From Halodesulfovibrio sp. (GTDB taxonomy: Bacteria > Desulfobacterota > Desulfovibrionia > Desulfovibrionales > Desulfovibrionaceae): 64,000 nucleotides of DNA. A model generated the notes under the pieces. The model ran no database searches. It had not been told where the DNA came from and worked only from the letters and a program-made list of their open reading frames with translations. Below, piece by piece: positions 8,938 to 17,661 of this stretch; within the stretch, counting starts at the first letter, position 1, and each line of letters opens with the position of its first letter. Both the position numbers and the translations under genes were made by a program. Where the stretch lies: contig NZ_JAOARI010000004.1 in NCBI RefSeq assembly GCF_025210605.1, positions 29,189 to 93,188 of the forward strand, written 5' to 3'.

Positions 8938-10269
8938 CTAAATAACTATATTGAATAAGAAGCCGACAGCCAGAATACCTGTAGCAACAATGGCTACATA
9001 TATTGTAATAAGTTTTATACTGAGTACTTTTCGCAAGATAACCATTTCTGGAAGGCTCAGTGCCACAACTGACATCATGAACGCTAAAGCAGTACCTAGC
9101 GCAGCCCCTTTGCCTAGCAGCGCAGAAACAATAGGGATAATTCCTGCTGCACTTGCGTACATAGGCACACCAATGGCTACAGCGGCAGGAACACTCCACC
9201 ATGCAGCTTTACCCATAATAGATGCCATAGCCCCTTCTGGAACATATCCGTGGATACCGGCACCAATGGCAATGCCTGCCACAATGTACAGCCAAGTCTT
9301 GCCGATAATATCTACAACGGAATCCCATGCAAAATCTAAGCGGTGCGCGAAGGTTGGATAAACTGGAGATTTGTTGCTTCCATCGTCTCGGATTTGGCGT
9401 ACCCAAGGTTCGAGCATGTGGTCCAGTTTCATTTTTCCAAGAATCCAACCGGCAATAACCGCAATGGTAACCCCCGTTACTAAATACAGCGCAGCGACTT
9501 TAAATCCGAATAATCCGTAAAGCAGTACCAGTGCAATTTCATTTACCATCGGCGCAGCGATGAGAAATGAGAAAGTTACGCCCAGAGGGATTCCTGCTGC
9601 AACAAAGCCTAAAAATAGCGGGACGGCGGAGCAGGAGCAGAATGGAGTAACGATTCCTACACAGGCTGCAATAACATTACCTAGTGATTCTTTCCCGCTG
9701 AGATATTTACGGCTCCGTTCCGGTGTAATCCATGTACGCAGAATACCGACTCCGAAAACAACCAGACTCAGCAGCATTAAAATTTTTGGTGTGTCATACA
9801 GGAAAAATCGGATTGCTTCTGAGAGGTGGCTTGTCTCTGCACCGAAAAATAATCGGGTAAGCGTGTCTGCAATTGCTGGTAGCTGTGCATACACAACTCC
9901 CCATACAATAAGGGAAATTGTGCCAACAACTCCATAGAAAGATAGAGAGAAGCGCGACTTTTCATTGTGAACTGGAGCAGAGCCGCATCCACACGGAGAT
10001 TCAAAAGGGTTTATCGGCGCAGCCGCTTCTGTTGTAGATGAACTACATCCGCATGAAGATTGAAAAGGATTTGCAGCTGCGGCTGGTTCGACGTTCGGTG
10101 ACCCACACCCACAAGAAGATTCGAAAGGATTTGCAGGTGCCGCAGTATCTGCTTTAGGTGAGCCGAATGCTTGTGCTGCTGCTTCGCCATCTTTTGAAGA
10201 ATCACAGCATTGTGTGGAACAGGAGCATTTTTCTTTCTCCTGAGTCGGGGTAATGTTTAGTGGTTTCAT
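8938..10269 (-). CDS. ArsP/UPF0718-type permease with Cys-rich N-terminal metal(loid)-binding tail
   Basis: 443 aa. The polytopic core carries the family motif VTPFCSCSAVPLF. The N-terminal ~100 aa hold CSCSTQCC and three NPF(E/Q)S(S/P)CGC(G/S)S repeats. An ArsR-family gene lies immediately upstream. Confidence 0.8.
   Translation of the reverse strand: MKPLNITPTQEKEKCSCSTQCCDSSKDGEAAAQAFGSPKADTAAPANPFESSCGCGSPNVEPAAAANPFQSSCGCSSSTTEAAAPINPFESPCGCGSAPVHNEKSRFSLSFYGVVGTISLIVWGVVYAQLPAIADTLTRLFFGAETSHLSEAIRFFLYDTPKILMLLSLVVFGVGILRTWITPERSRKYLSGKESLGNVIAACVGIVTPFCSCSAVPLFLGFVAAGIPLGVTFSFLIAAPMVNEIALVLLYGLFGFKVAALYLVTGVTIAVIAGWILGKMKLDHMLEPWVRQIRDDGSNKSPVYPTFAHRLDFAWDSVVDIIGKTWLYIVAGIAIGAGIHGYVPEGAMASIMGKAAWWSVPAAVAIGVPMYASAAGIIPIVSALLGKGAALGTALAFMMSVVALSLPEMVILRKVLSIKLITIYVAIVATGILAVGFLFNIVI
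9979..10143 (-). repeat. Three in-frame tandem coding repeats (A-A-A-P-x-N-P-F-E/Q-S-x-C-G-C)
   Basis: The translation reads AAPANPFESSCGCGS / AAAANPFQSSCGCSS / AAAPINPFESPCGCGS, about 19-20 aa per unit. Confidence 0.9.
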
Positions 10270-10287
10270 TGGTATTTCCTTACTATA

Positions 10288-10623
10288 CTAATTTTTTGCC
10301 TTTTTCACGGCATGAAGTTTAGAGCGTAGTTGGATAAATTCGCTGTCTGTTTCCACAGCTTGTTTTAGTAAAAGTAAAAATGTTGCAACAAACGGTGCGG
10401 CACTGTCCGTTGCGAGGCTGTAGTGCGTCCAGCCTCCAGCTTTGCGGGCAAGTGTCAGTCCTGCATCAGTACACTGTTTTAAGTGACGGGAGACCGTAGG
10501 TTGTGCAACGCCTACAACAGCAACAATATTGCACACACAGATTTCTCCTTCGAGAAGCAATCCAAGTATGCGGACTCGTGTGGGGTCTGATAGTGCTTTG
10601 GTTATTTTTATGAAGTCGGTCAT
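10288..10623 (-). CDS. ArsR/SmtB-family metalloregulator
   Basis: ATG at 10623, preceded by AGGAGA. ALSDPTRVRILGLLLEGEICVCNIVAVVGVAQPTVSRHLK is a winged HTH carrying the CVC metal(loid) site. Confidence 0.9.
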   Translation of the reverse strand: MTDFIKITKALSDPTRVRILGLLLEGEICVCNIVAVVGVAQPTVSRHLKQCTDAGLTLARKAGGWTHYSLATDSAAPFVATFLLLLKQAVETDSEFIQLRSKLHAVKKAKN

Positions 10624-10818
10624 ATGTTCTCCTGAATACATATTTAGCAATATGGCTAGATATGCATGTTGTCAAGATGTTGCAGTGAGAAATGTGCGCC
10701 TGTACAGCCGTTAGTAAAGAGAGTATGAGAGTGCGGCACATAGAGAAACACGACTGTGTTTGTGTGATTAAAAAAGTAAACAAATAGAGTGTAATATAGC
10801 TGTTTGTACAGGAGATAG

Positions 10819-11454
10819 ATGATGACAGCCTGCGATCCTCAGGTAAACTTACAAGGTCGGGAAAAATTAACCAGACTTGCAGATTTTTTATTTGAAGCTG
10901 GGATGTTGCGTAAAACACCACGCAGTGGATACCAGTTTTTAGGTTCCGGCAGCGAAAATGTTGCAGAACATTCTTTCCGTACAGCTATCGTAGGATTTGT
11001 TCTTGCGAATGAAGCTGGTGCAGACCCTGTGCATACGGCAATGATGTGTTTGTTCCACGACTTTCATGAGGCGCGCATTGGAGATTTTAATTACGTAAAC
11101 CGTATCTACAATACCAGTGATCCCAGTGCCGCATTTGCCCATGCACTAGAAGGTACCGGTCTTGAGTCTCTCGTACTTCCATATTGGGAAGAATTGGAAG
11201 AAGCTGAGTCATTAGAAGCGCAACTTGCTCAGGATGCAGATCAGATTGATATGATTCTGAACCTGAAAGAAGAGTTTGACCTCGGTAATACATATGCAGG
11301 CAAATGGATGGAAGGTGCTTTACCTCGTTTGCGTACAGATGTGGGACGTGCTCTTGCGCAACGCATAAAAGAGACTGACCACACAGACTGGTGGTATAAA
11401 GGCCCGGATAGAGATTGGTGGACACGAAAGAATGGCAAAAAGAAAGCTAAGTAA
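10819..11454 (+). CDS. HD-domain phosphohydrolase (YfbR-like 5'-nucleotidase family)
   Basis: 211 aa. Contains RSGYQFLG..ENVAEHSFRTAIV and LFHDFHEARIGDFN. The start could instead be the second ATG at 10822, which has better spacing to GGAGA. Confidence 0.8.
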   Translation: MMTACDPQVNLQGREKLTRLADFLFEAGMLRKTPRSGYQFLGSGSENVAEHSFRTAIVGFVLANEAGADPVHTAMMCLFHDFHEARIGDFNYVNRIYNTSDPSAAFAHALEGTGLESLVLPYWEELEEAESLEAQLAQDADQIDMILNLKEEFDLGNTYAGKWMEGALPRLRTDVGRALAQRIKETDHTDWWYKGPDRDWWTRKNGKKKAK

Positions 11455-11533
11455 GTAAAAGCAAAAAAAATAAATTCGTTTTTTAAGATAGTTACTTGCT
11501 TATTCTGTTTGTCTAACAACAGATTTACTCGTG

Positions 11534-11571
11534 AAAAAAGACCAGCCATATAGTGATGGCTGGTCTTTTTT
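11534..11571. terminator. Intrinsic terminator (A-run/T-run flanked hairpin)
   Basis: AAAAAA-GACCAGCCAT-ATAGTG-ATGGCTGGTC-TTTTTT. Confidence 0.85.
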
Positions 11572-11759
11572 CATATTTCATTGCTGCATCAACGTTGAGT
11601 CAGCCATTGAGGATACTCAAAAGTGTATCCAGCTTGATAGCTACATGATGAAGGGCGTAGATTAACCATTTTAATTAATAGTTACATCATATCGTATCAA
11701 GCTGTGCAGCGTGCAACTCGTAGCTTTTGTCGATATAAATCAACGGGAAAACCGACAGG

Positions 11760-12449
11760 CTACAAAGTTTCCACCAGAGCTTTTAACTCTGCTTTCTTTT
11801 CATCGCTTACAGCAGGTTTGCTGGATGCATAGAAGAATCCGACCTTATCTAACTTAAGAAATCGAGTGTAATCGTTGCAAGAGCCTTCTAAAATTTCACC
11901 ATTGTTTTTGTATGGTCCTGCTCCTGTGGAAAGGAAGAGAGTCGGCTTGTTCGCAACAAAAGACATATGATCTTTAGTGCCAAATTTTCTGCATAAAGCA
12001 AAACTTCTGTCGATCAGTGGTTTGATGTGTGCCGTAAAGGCTGCAAAGTATAGCGGTGAAGTGATAATCAGTGCATCAGCATGTATCATGGCTTCAAGAG
12101 TTGAGGCTCCATCGTCCTCAAAAACACAGCCCGGCTTGTTTGGATTTTTTTGACATTCCATACAGGCAATGCAAGGGGCAACTTCTAAATCTGCTACATG
12201 AATGCGCTGAACTTTATGTCCATTTTTTGTCAAAGTTTCTGTTGCAATATCTACAAGACCAGCAGTGTTACCGTCTTCGTGTGGACTTCCGTGCAGAACA
12301 AGCACATTCATATTTTTCATCTTTTTACGTGCAGAGGGTACTTGTTGAGCGTGGCTTTCATCGGCAATGAGGGTAACGGGAGCGGCAATGGCAGCAGCTG
12401 CTGTGGTAGTCATAGCAATAAATTTACGGCGTGAAATTTCAGAACTCAT
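11760..12449 (-). CDS. Iron-sulfur flavoprotein-like (flavodoxin-fold FMN protein) with twin-arginine signal peptide
   Basis: 229 aa. The N-terminus SRRKFIAMTTTAAAAIAAPVTLIADESHA is a Tat motif plus an AxA-type cleavage site. VLVLHGSPHEDGNT is the flavodoxin-like loop. CIACMECQKNPNKPGC is a compact C-x2-C-x2-C-x7-C cluster motif. Confidence 0.7.
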   Translation of the reverse strand: MSSEISRRKFIAMTTTAAAAIAAPVTLIADESHAQQVPSARKKMKNMNVLVLHGSPHEDGNTAGLVDIATETLTKNGHKVQRIHVADLEVAPCIACMECQKNPNKPGCVFEDDGASTLEAMIHADALIITSPLYFAAFTAHIKPLIDRSFALCRKFGTKDHMSFVANKPTLFLSTGAGPYKNNGEILEGSCNDYTRFLKLDKVGFFYASSKPAVSDEKKAELKALVETL

Positions 12450-12776
12450 ATTTTCTCCTTGTTGTTATTAGTAATTATTAGCGTAAGTGGGTGCTTATTG
12501 CAATTACTATATGAGTGGAAATGTCCAAAAATGTGTAAAATAATTATACAGTTATCTGGTTGGGCTATGCCGCACTAAGCAGAAGCCTAATTACCAACTA
12601 TAAATTTGCTATGTGCCATCAGTCAGGAAAGGGTTCAGATTGAAATGGGCAAACTTTTGAAGCTCGTGTTGTTTGGGAACAATATGTTTCAGAGGCAGAA
12701 GGAAATTATGCTGCCGAAAGATACGAAAATATCTGTCTAGCATTTTCTTATTTGATCGAAACAAAAGAGAACATTG

Positions 12777-12805
12777 TAAAAGGAGCGATACAATGTACCG
12801 CTCCT
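12777..12805 (-). terminator. Intrinsic terminator of the yeiH-like operon
   Basis: On the minus strand AGGAGCG-(11 nt loop)-CGCTCCT is followed by TTTT. It lies 14 nt after the stop at 12819. Confidence 0.7.
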
Positions 12806-12818
12806 TTCGTTTGATCTG

Positions 12819-13061
12819 CTAATCTCCTTTAGGGAGATATGTTACGGTAGAGCGCGCCCCAAGCTCGGCATCGGCTGTGATTTCAACATCCGTCCAATAT
12901 ATTGCACCGGAGTTAATATCATTCTGTTCAATAAAAGTTGCCAAGGTTTGTGCGGACTCAACATGGTTAAGCAGCATGGGAGAGAGAACGAACATAAACA
13001 GCCAAATGATGAACACGCCAGATGCGAATGACAGGTAGCGTGCTGCGCTGCTTTTTTGCAT
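12819..13061 (-). CDS. Small single-TM membrane protein, co-transcribed with the YeiH-like transporter
   Basis: ATG at 13061, 8 nt after AAGGA; the listed 13067 start is a TTG. One hydrophobic helix (FASGVFIIWLFMFVLSPMLL). It begins 25 nt downstream of the stop of gene 13086..14834. Confidence 0.55.
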   Translation of the reverse strand: MQKSSAARYLSFASGVFIIWLFMFVLSPMLLNHVESAQTLATFIEQNDINSGAIYWTDVEITADAELGARSTVTYLPKGD

Positions 13062-13085
13062 TTGCAATGTCCTTATCGTTACATG

Positions 13086-14834
13086 TTAAATCTTCGCGGT
13101 TATTTCTGGGAAGACTAAGTAGAACATGATGTATGCCATTGTGAGTGTCAGGAGCAGGTTGAAGGATTGTCCGCATACATACAGGATAAGCGGTTTGCCG
13201 CCTTTAAAATAATGTCCGAGTTCGCGGAAGTTGGTGGCAAGACCAATGGACACAAACGCAAGGCAGAAGAACCAGCCACGGAAGGCTTTTGAGAATCCGC
13301 GAATAACGCCGTGGTCAACCATTGCATAGCCCACATCGGCTCCCATTGATGCGTAAATCCATGAGAAGAGAACAGAAGCGGCAAGGAATCCAAGCACAAA
13401 TTTCGGGAAGCGATACCAGATTTCCCATGCATTTACTGAGCGCCCCGGAGTGCAATCAACCCGTGTGCACCAGTAAATGGCAACACCAAATGCTGTTACG
13501 CCGATGAGTACGTTCTGAATCATTTTAATAGTAGCAGCAACGTACAGTGCTTTTTGTGAAAGGAAAGCGCCCGCAGCGGCAACAGCACCTGTTGCATCAA
13601 TGGTTCCACCCATCCATGCACCGCCGAGAATATACGGCATCTCAACAGCTTTAATGAATGCAGGCATAACAATCATCATAATAGAGGTGAAAACAAGGGA
13701 TAGACCGACGGAAAGTGTCAGCTCTTCTTTTTTGGCACGGCAGGCTGCTGCCGTGGCGATAGCTGCTGAAACACCACAAACAGACATGTCGGCAGAAATA
13801 ACAATATTCAATGTCTTAGAAGGCATTTTCACTACTTTCTGACCAAATATAAATGTAGTGATAAGTACGACTGGTGTTACGACCCATGCAACAAAAATAC
13901 CCGGAATACCGATGGCTACAATTTTGCTGAAGAGGACTTCTGCACCCAGCAATACCAGACCGGTTTTAATGAAGTATTCTGTTTGCACGGCTGGCATTAC
14001 CCATTTAGGAGTGCCGACAGTGTTTGATATGAGTAACCCGAATAAGATAGCCCACGCTGCGTAGCCTATTCCTAAGCCCTTCATAGTGCTTTGCTGGGCT
14101 GCAACGTATGCAAGAGTGGCGATTGTAAATACAAAGAAGAAACCGATAAAGAATTTTACAGGACTGTAGCCCATTGCGGCACGTCCGATTCCAAAGAAAA
14201 TGCCGAGCGTGATACAAAGAATAATAAGCCAGATGAGCTGGTTGTACGGTTTTGCTTTTGTTTTCTTTTTAGCTTTACCGGCAGCAAATTTTTTGTTGCG
14301 CCAGTTGCTGATTGCATCAGAAGCTTTCTGGTTCAGCTCTGTATTGCCAAAGTCTGCATCTGCTGCTGCCTTTTGAGCAACAGTAGCAGCTGCAAGAGCT
14401 TCTTGCTCCGCTGCTTTCGCTTTTTGATATTTCGCGTCTGCTTTTGCTTTTTTTGCATTTGCGCGTTCGCTATCCATAAAAAAGGCATCAACTGGGTTTG
14501 TTGACCAGCCATGCGGTTTGTTTTGAAACGTTTTAATTTGCTTCGCAAGTGGAGTGGATGTCGCTTTCATTCCTTTAGCATCCGCAGCCTTGTAATATTC
14601 AATGGTCTTGAATGGTGCTCTGTTTGCCTCCATCTGCATAATTGCATTAGATTCAGCAATTGTTTCACGCAAATTTTTTGGTTCGTTCGGCAGATAAATC
14701 ATCAGCCCGATAGCAAGAATTGCAAACCCGAGCCATATTGCCCAATAATCTTCGAGCTTGATTAAATCAGACCAGCTGGCTTGCCCTTTATCAACAACAA
14801 CATCTTGTTGCTTGTCTTGCTGTGCCATTACCAT
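13086..14834 (-). CDS. YeiH/UPF0324-like putative exporter with ~200-aa N-terminal extension
   Basis: 582 aa. The C-terminal ~370 aa are polytopic and resemble the YeiH family. The N-terminus has one TM followed by a ~150-aa Lys/Ala-rich segment. The start is ATG 14834 or, better spaced from AAGGAGG, ATG 14828. Confidence 0.6.
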   Translation of the reverse strand: MVMAQQDKQQDVVVDKGQASWSDLIKLEDYWAIWLGFAILAIGLMIYLPNEPKNLRETIAESNAIMQMEANRAPFKTIEYYKAADAKGMKATSTPLAKQIKTFQNKPHGWSTNPVDAFFMDSERANAKKAKADAKYQKAKAAEQEALAAATVAQKAAADADFGNTELNQKASDAISNWRNKKFAAGKAKKKTKAKPYNQLIWLIILCITLGIFFGIGRAAMGYSPVKFFIGFFFVFTIATLAYVAAQQSTMKGLGIGYAAWAILFGLLISNTVGTPKWVMPAVQTEYFIKTGLVLLGAEVLFSKIVAIGIPGIFVAWVVTPVVLITTFIFGQKVVKMPSKTLNIVISADMSVCGVSAAIATAAACRAKKEELTLSVGLSLVFTSIMMIVMPAFIKAVEMPYILGGAWMGGTIDATGAVAAAGAFLSQKALYVAATIKMIQNVLIGVTAFGVAIYWCTRVDCTPGRSVNAWEIWYRFPKFVLGFLAASVLFSWIYASMGADVGYAMVDHGVIRGFSKAFRGWFFCLAFVSIGLATNFRELGHYFKGGKPLILYVCGQSFNLLLTLTMAYIMFYLVFPEITAKI

Positions 14835-15395
14835 TCCTCCTTACTAGAAGTCACAACGTCATGTACGCCACAAGAAACATTGGGTGTAGCGCCGCAAACA
14901 CCAGCGTCCGTTGATTTGTACCATGCAGAACATGACAGATCGGATGCGCGTGTATGTGTCACTACAAGACCGGAGAAGAACGAAAGCAGAATGAGTTATA
15001 TTCGGGGAGAAAAGATGGAATGTGTACCAAAAACTGCTTCAGAAGTAGAAAGAAGGTAGAGTAGATGAAGTATGCTAACGTGTTGGATAAAGCTCATACT
15101 GCTAATTTACTCAATAGTATAAGAGCTAAATGGCATAAAATGTCAACAATTACCTGTAAATAAAACAAAGAGCACGTGCAGAGAGTAGGACGCAAAACTG
15201 CTTTTAGAGTTGATGAGCAGCGGCTTTTTAGTGAATGGAAAAATAAAGAGGCAGGTAGTGGGTGGACGAAAGAAGGTATACAAAAGTCCGTAGCAAGTAT
15301 TGCAGGTATATCTTGTTGGTATGGTAGGTAAAAAGCCGGAGCGTTTGAATAGAGCGCTCCGGCTTTGAAATAGTATTGGTAAGGTTGGCAGAATG

Positions 15396-16223
15396 TTATT
15401 GCATGAACAGCTTCACAACGCTTGAAAGAACTTCGGCTCTGGACTTGTCCGATGAGTATGTGAAGCCAACACGCCTGAACATACGTGGTGCGCGAAGTGG
15501 CACTGTGACAAGATCATGCGCAGTTTCCAGAACCCCATCGGGAAGGAAAGAGATACCGTATCCTGCTTGAACAAGATGCATAACCTGACTTTTATGTTCG
15601 CCGCTGGCAACAATATTCATCCGCAAATCAGAGCAGGCAAGTAGCCCGATTGTTTGCTGATGAGCTTCACACGGAGGGCATTCGATAAAATCGAATTGAT
15701 GAAGCTCTTCCGGCAGAACAAATTCACGTGTAGCTAATTCATGATCGGGACGCATGCATAAAATATAATCTTCTTCCCAAAGTGGAACCCAAGTTTCTCC
15801 CTGATTCCGAAGAACATCAACGGTCATGCGAAGGTCGCATTCTGCGTTAACGTCAACAAGCTTTGGAGTAAGGTTCGGAAGCTGTAACCGCATTTTTTTT
15901 AAAACTTCTGCAAGCCGTCGTGGACTTAGGTCAGGGAATACGCCAATTGTTATGTGCTGTTCTTCATCATCCCCTTTAAACAGGTCTTCGATTGTATGAG
16001 CTTGATCGAGCAACCGTTTTGCACGCGGATATAAGTGGTGTGCTTCGTCTGTGATCCCCACACCTTGCTTGCTACGTTTGAATAAAGAAACGTCGAGCAT
16101 TTCTTCTAACTGTTTGATTGCACTAGAGATAGAAGGCTGAGAAACATGGCAGCGTTGGGCGGCTCGTGTAATGTTCTGTTCTTCAAATACAGCAATAAAA
16201 TATCGTAGTAATCGTAAATCCAT
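15396..16223 (-). CDS. LysR-family transcriptional regulator
   Basis: ATG at 16223, 5 nt after AGGAG. MDLRLLRYFIAVFEEQNITRAAQRCHVSQPSISSAIKQLEE is a LysR HTH, followed by a substrate-binding domain. Confidence 0.92.
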   Translation of the reverse strand: MDLRLLRYFIAVFEEQNITRAAQRCHVSQPSISSAIKQLEEMLDVSLFKRSKQGVGITDEAHHLYPRAKRLLDQAHTIEDLFKGDDEEQHITIGVFPDLSPRRLAEVLKKMRLQLPNLTPKLVDVNAECDLRMTVDVLRNQGETWVPLWEEDYILCMRPDHELATREFVLPEELHQFDFIECPPCEAHQQTIGLLACSDLRMNIVASGEHKSQVMHLVQAGYGISFLPDGVLETAHDLVTVPLRAPRMFRRVGFTYSSDKSRAEVLSSVVKLFMQ

Positions 16224-16260
16224 AAGCACTCCTGTATTCAGGTGAGGCTAGGGTGTGTTT

Positions 16261-16279
16261 CTGCATTGCAAACTTGCAG
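16261..16279. promoter_or_regulatory. Candidate LysR box (inverted repeat CTGCA-N9-TGCAG)
   Basis: CTGCATTGCAAACTTGCAG lies in the divergent LysR/SDR intergenic region and fits the T-N11-A style dyad. Confidence 0.3.
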
Positions 16280-16555
16280 GGATGTCATTCTTTTCTCCTT
16301 AGCGCAGTACAAGCAAAAAATCTGTTTGGGCGCAGCATTGCATGCGGCAGCATATTTTTGTTTTGCAAGGGGGAAAGTTGTCAGAAGCCCTGTACGTACA
16401 ATTTTGAACCATACTCTAATTCTAGTTGTTTTTTCGGGGTATAGGTTGTGCCTATCACAAACAAAAGAACTCTATATTATACAAAGAGAAAAAAAGGTGT
16501 ATTCTTACAAAAAACAAAGACAACGGGCCTAGCCCGTAAAAATTGGAGAATATAT

Positions 16556-17278
16556 ATGTCTAAACCACTCGTAGTTATCACAGGCGCCAGCTCCGGTTTT
16601 GGCGAAGCAACCGCTCGTACTTTAAGCGCAAAAGGCTTTCCACTTCTTCTTATCGCTCGTCGTCTCGACAGACTCGAAGCTTTAAATCTTCCTAACACCA
16701 TTTGTGCTAAAGTTGACGTAACAGATCGCGAAGCAATGGTAAAAGCTATTGCTGATGCTGAAGCTACATACGGTCCTGTAGATTGTATTGTTAACAACGC
16801 TGGTGTGATGCTGCTTGGTCAGGCTCACGATCAGGATCCTGCTGAGTGGCAGAAAATGGTTGATGTTAACGTTCTTGGTCTGCTTAACGGCATCCATGCA
16901 GTACTTCCTGGCATGCGTGAGCGCAAGCAGGGTACTATCATTAACATCAGCTCTGTTGCTGGTCGCAAAACTTTCCCTAACCACTCTGTATACTGCGGAA
17001 CCAAATTTGCTGTTCATGCAATGAGCGAAAACATCCGTGAAGAAGTAGCACCAGATAACGTTCGCGTTATTGTTATTGCTCCGGGTGCAGCTGAAACCGA
17101 ACTTCTCAGCCACACAACTTCTGACGAAATCAAAGATGGTTACAACCAGTGGAAAGAACAGATGGGCGGCGTTATGTGCGCTCAGGATGTAGCAAACTCC
17201 ATCGTATTTGCATACGAGCAGCCACAGCCTGTTTGCATTCGCGAAATCGTTCTCGCACCAACTTTACAGGAACCTTAA
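16556..17278 (+). CDS. Short-chain dehydrogenase/reductase (classical SDR)
   Basis: ATG at 16556, after GGAGA. Contains TGASSGFG, NNAG and S..YCGTK (Ser-Tyr-Lys triad). Confidence 0.9.
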   Translation: MSKPLVVITGASSGFGEATARTLSAKGFPLLLIARRLDRLEALNLPNTICAKVDVTDREAMVKAIADAEATYGPVDCIVNNAGVMLLGQAHDQDPAEWQKMVDVNVLGLLNGIHAVLPGMRERKQGTIINISSVAGRKTFPNHSVYCGTKFAVHAMSENIREEVAPDNVRVIVIAPGAAETELLSHTTSDEIKDGYNQWKEQMGGVMCAQDVANSIVFAYEQPQPVCIREIVLAPTLQEP

Positions 17279-17380
17279 GCCGTTACGTATTTATTAGATA
17301 AACTTGCAACAACGGCGGCTGGGTGCAGTTGTTGATGGTTTTCTATAGTAAAACACAGTAGCAAGATAAGATCCCTGACG

Positions 17381-17412
17381 AGGCTGCAAGGAATTTCCTT
17401 GCAGCCTTTTTA
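17381..17412 (+). terminator. Intrinsic terminator after the SDR gene
   Basis: AGGCTGCAAGG-AATTT-CCTTGCAGCCT followed by TTTT. Confidence 0.8.
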
Positions 17413-17539
17413 TATTCTCAGTGGTCTTTTTATGCTGAGATAGAAGCTCTGTCTATTGCTAACCACGTAAAAGAGTAACCGACTGTATAGAATAAGCATT
17501 TGAAAAAAATATTGCGAAATATAGTGGAGTTCTCGGAAT

Positions 17540-17574
17540 AAAAAAAGCTGCCCTGCATCTGCAAGACAGCCTTT
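17540..17574 (-). terminator. Intrinsic terminator after dnaB
   Basis: On the minus strand GGCTGTCTTGCA-GA-TGCAGGGCAGC is followed by TTTTTTT. The two mismatches become G-U pairs only on the minus-strand RNA. Confidence 0.75.
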
Positions 17575-17661
17575 TGTGAATTTTGTTTTCGCTAATGAAT
17601 ATCGTACAAAATGTACCTGCTCGAAAAAATGTTTTCTTCTGAGAAACGAAAAAATATGCTG

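Noticed and set aside
9979-10143. Regularly spaced ~57-60 nt DNA repeats that might suggest a CRISPR-like or other non-coding array
   Set aside because: They lie in frame inside a long ORF and translate to a conserved Cys-containing peptide repeat. They are coding tandem repeats, not an array.
14845-15010. Minus-strand frame upstream of the YeiH-like gene. It encodes a signal-peptide-like, Cys-containing ~55-aa peptide (LILLSFFSGLVV...SCSAWYKSTDAGVCGATPNVSCGVHD...) whose stop overlaps the transporter start.
   Set aside because: There is no ATG or GTG at the N-terminus (only ATT or CTG after an in-frame TAA), and no purine-rich RBS is visible. I cannot support it as a gene without conservation or expression data.
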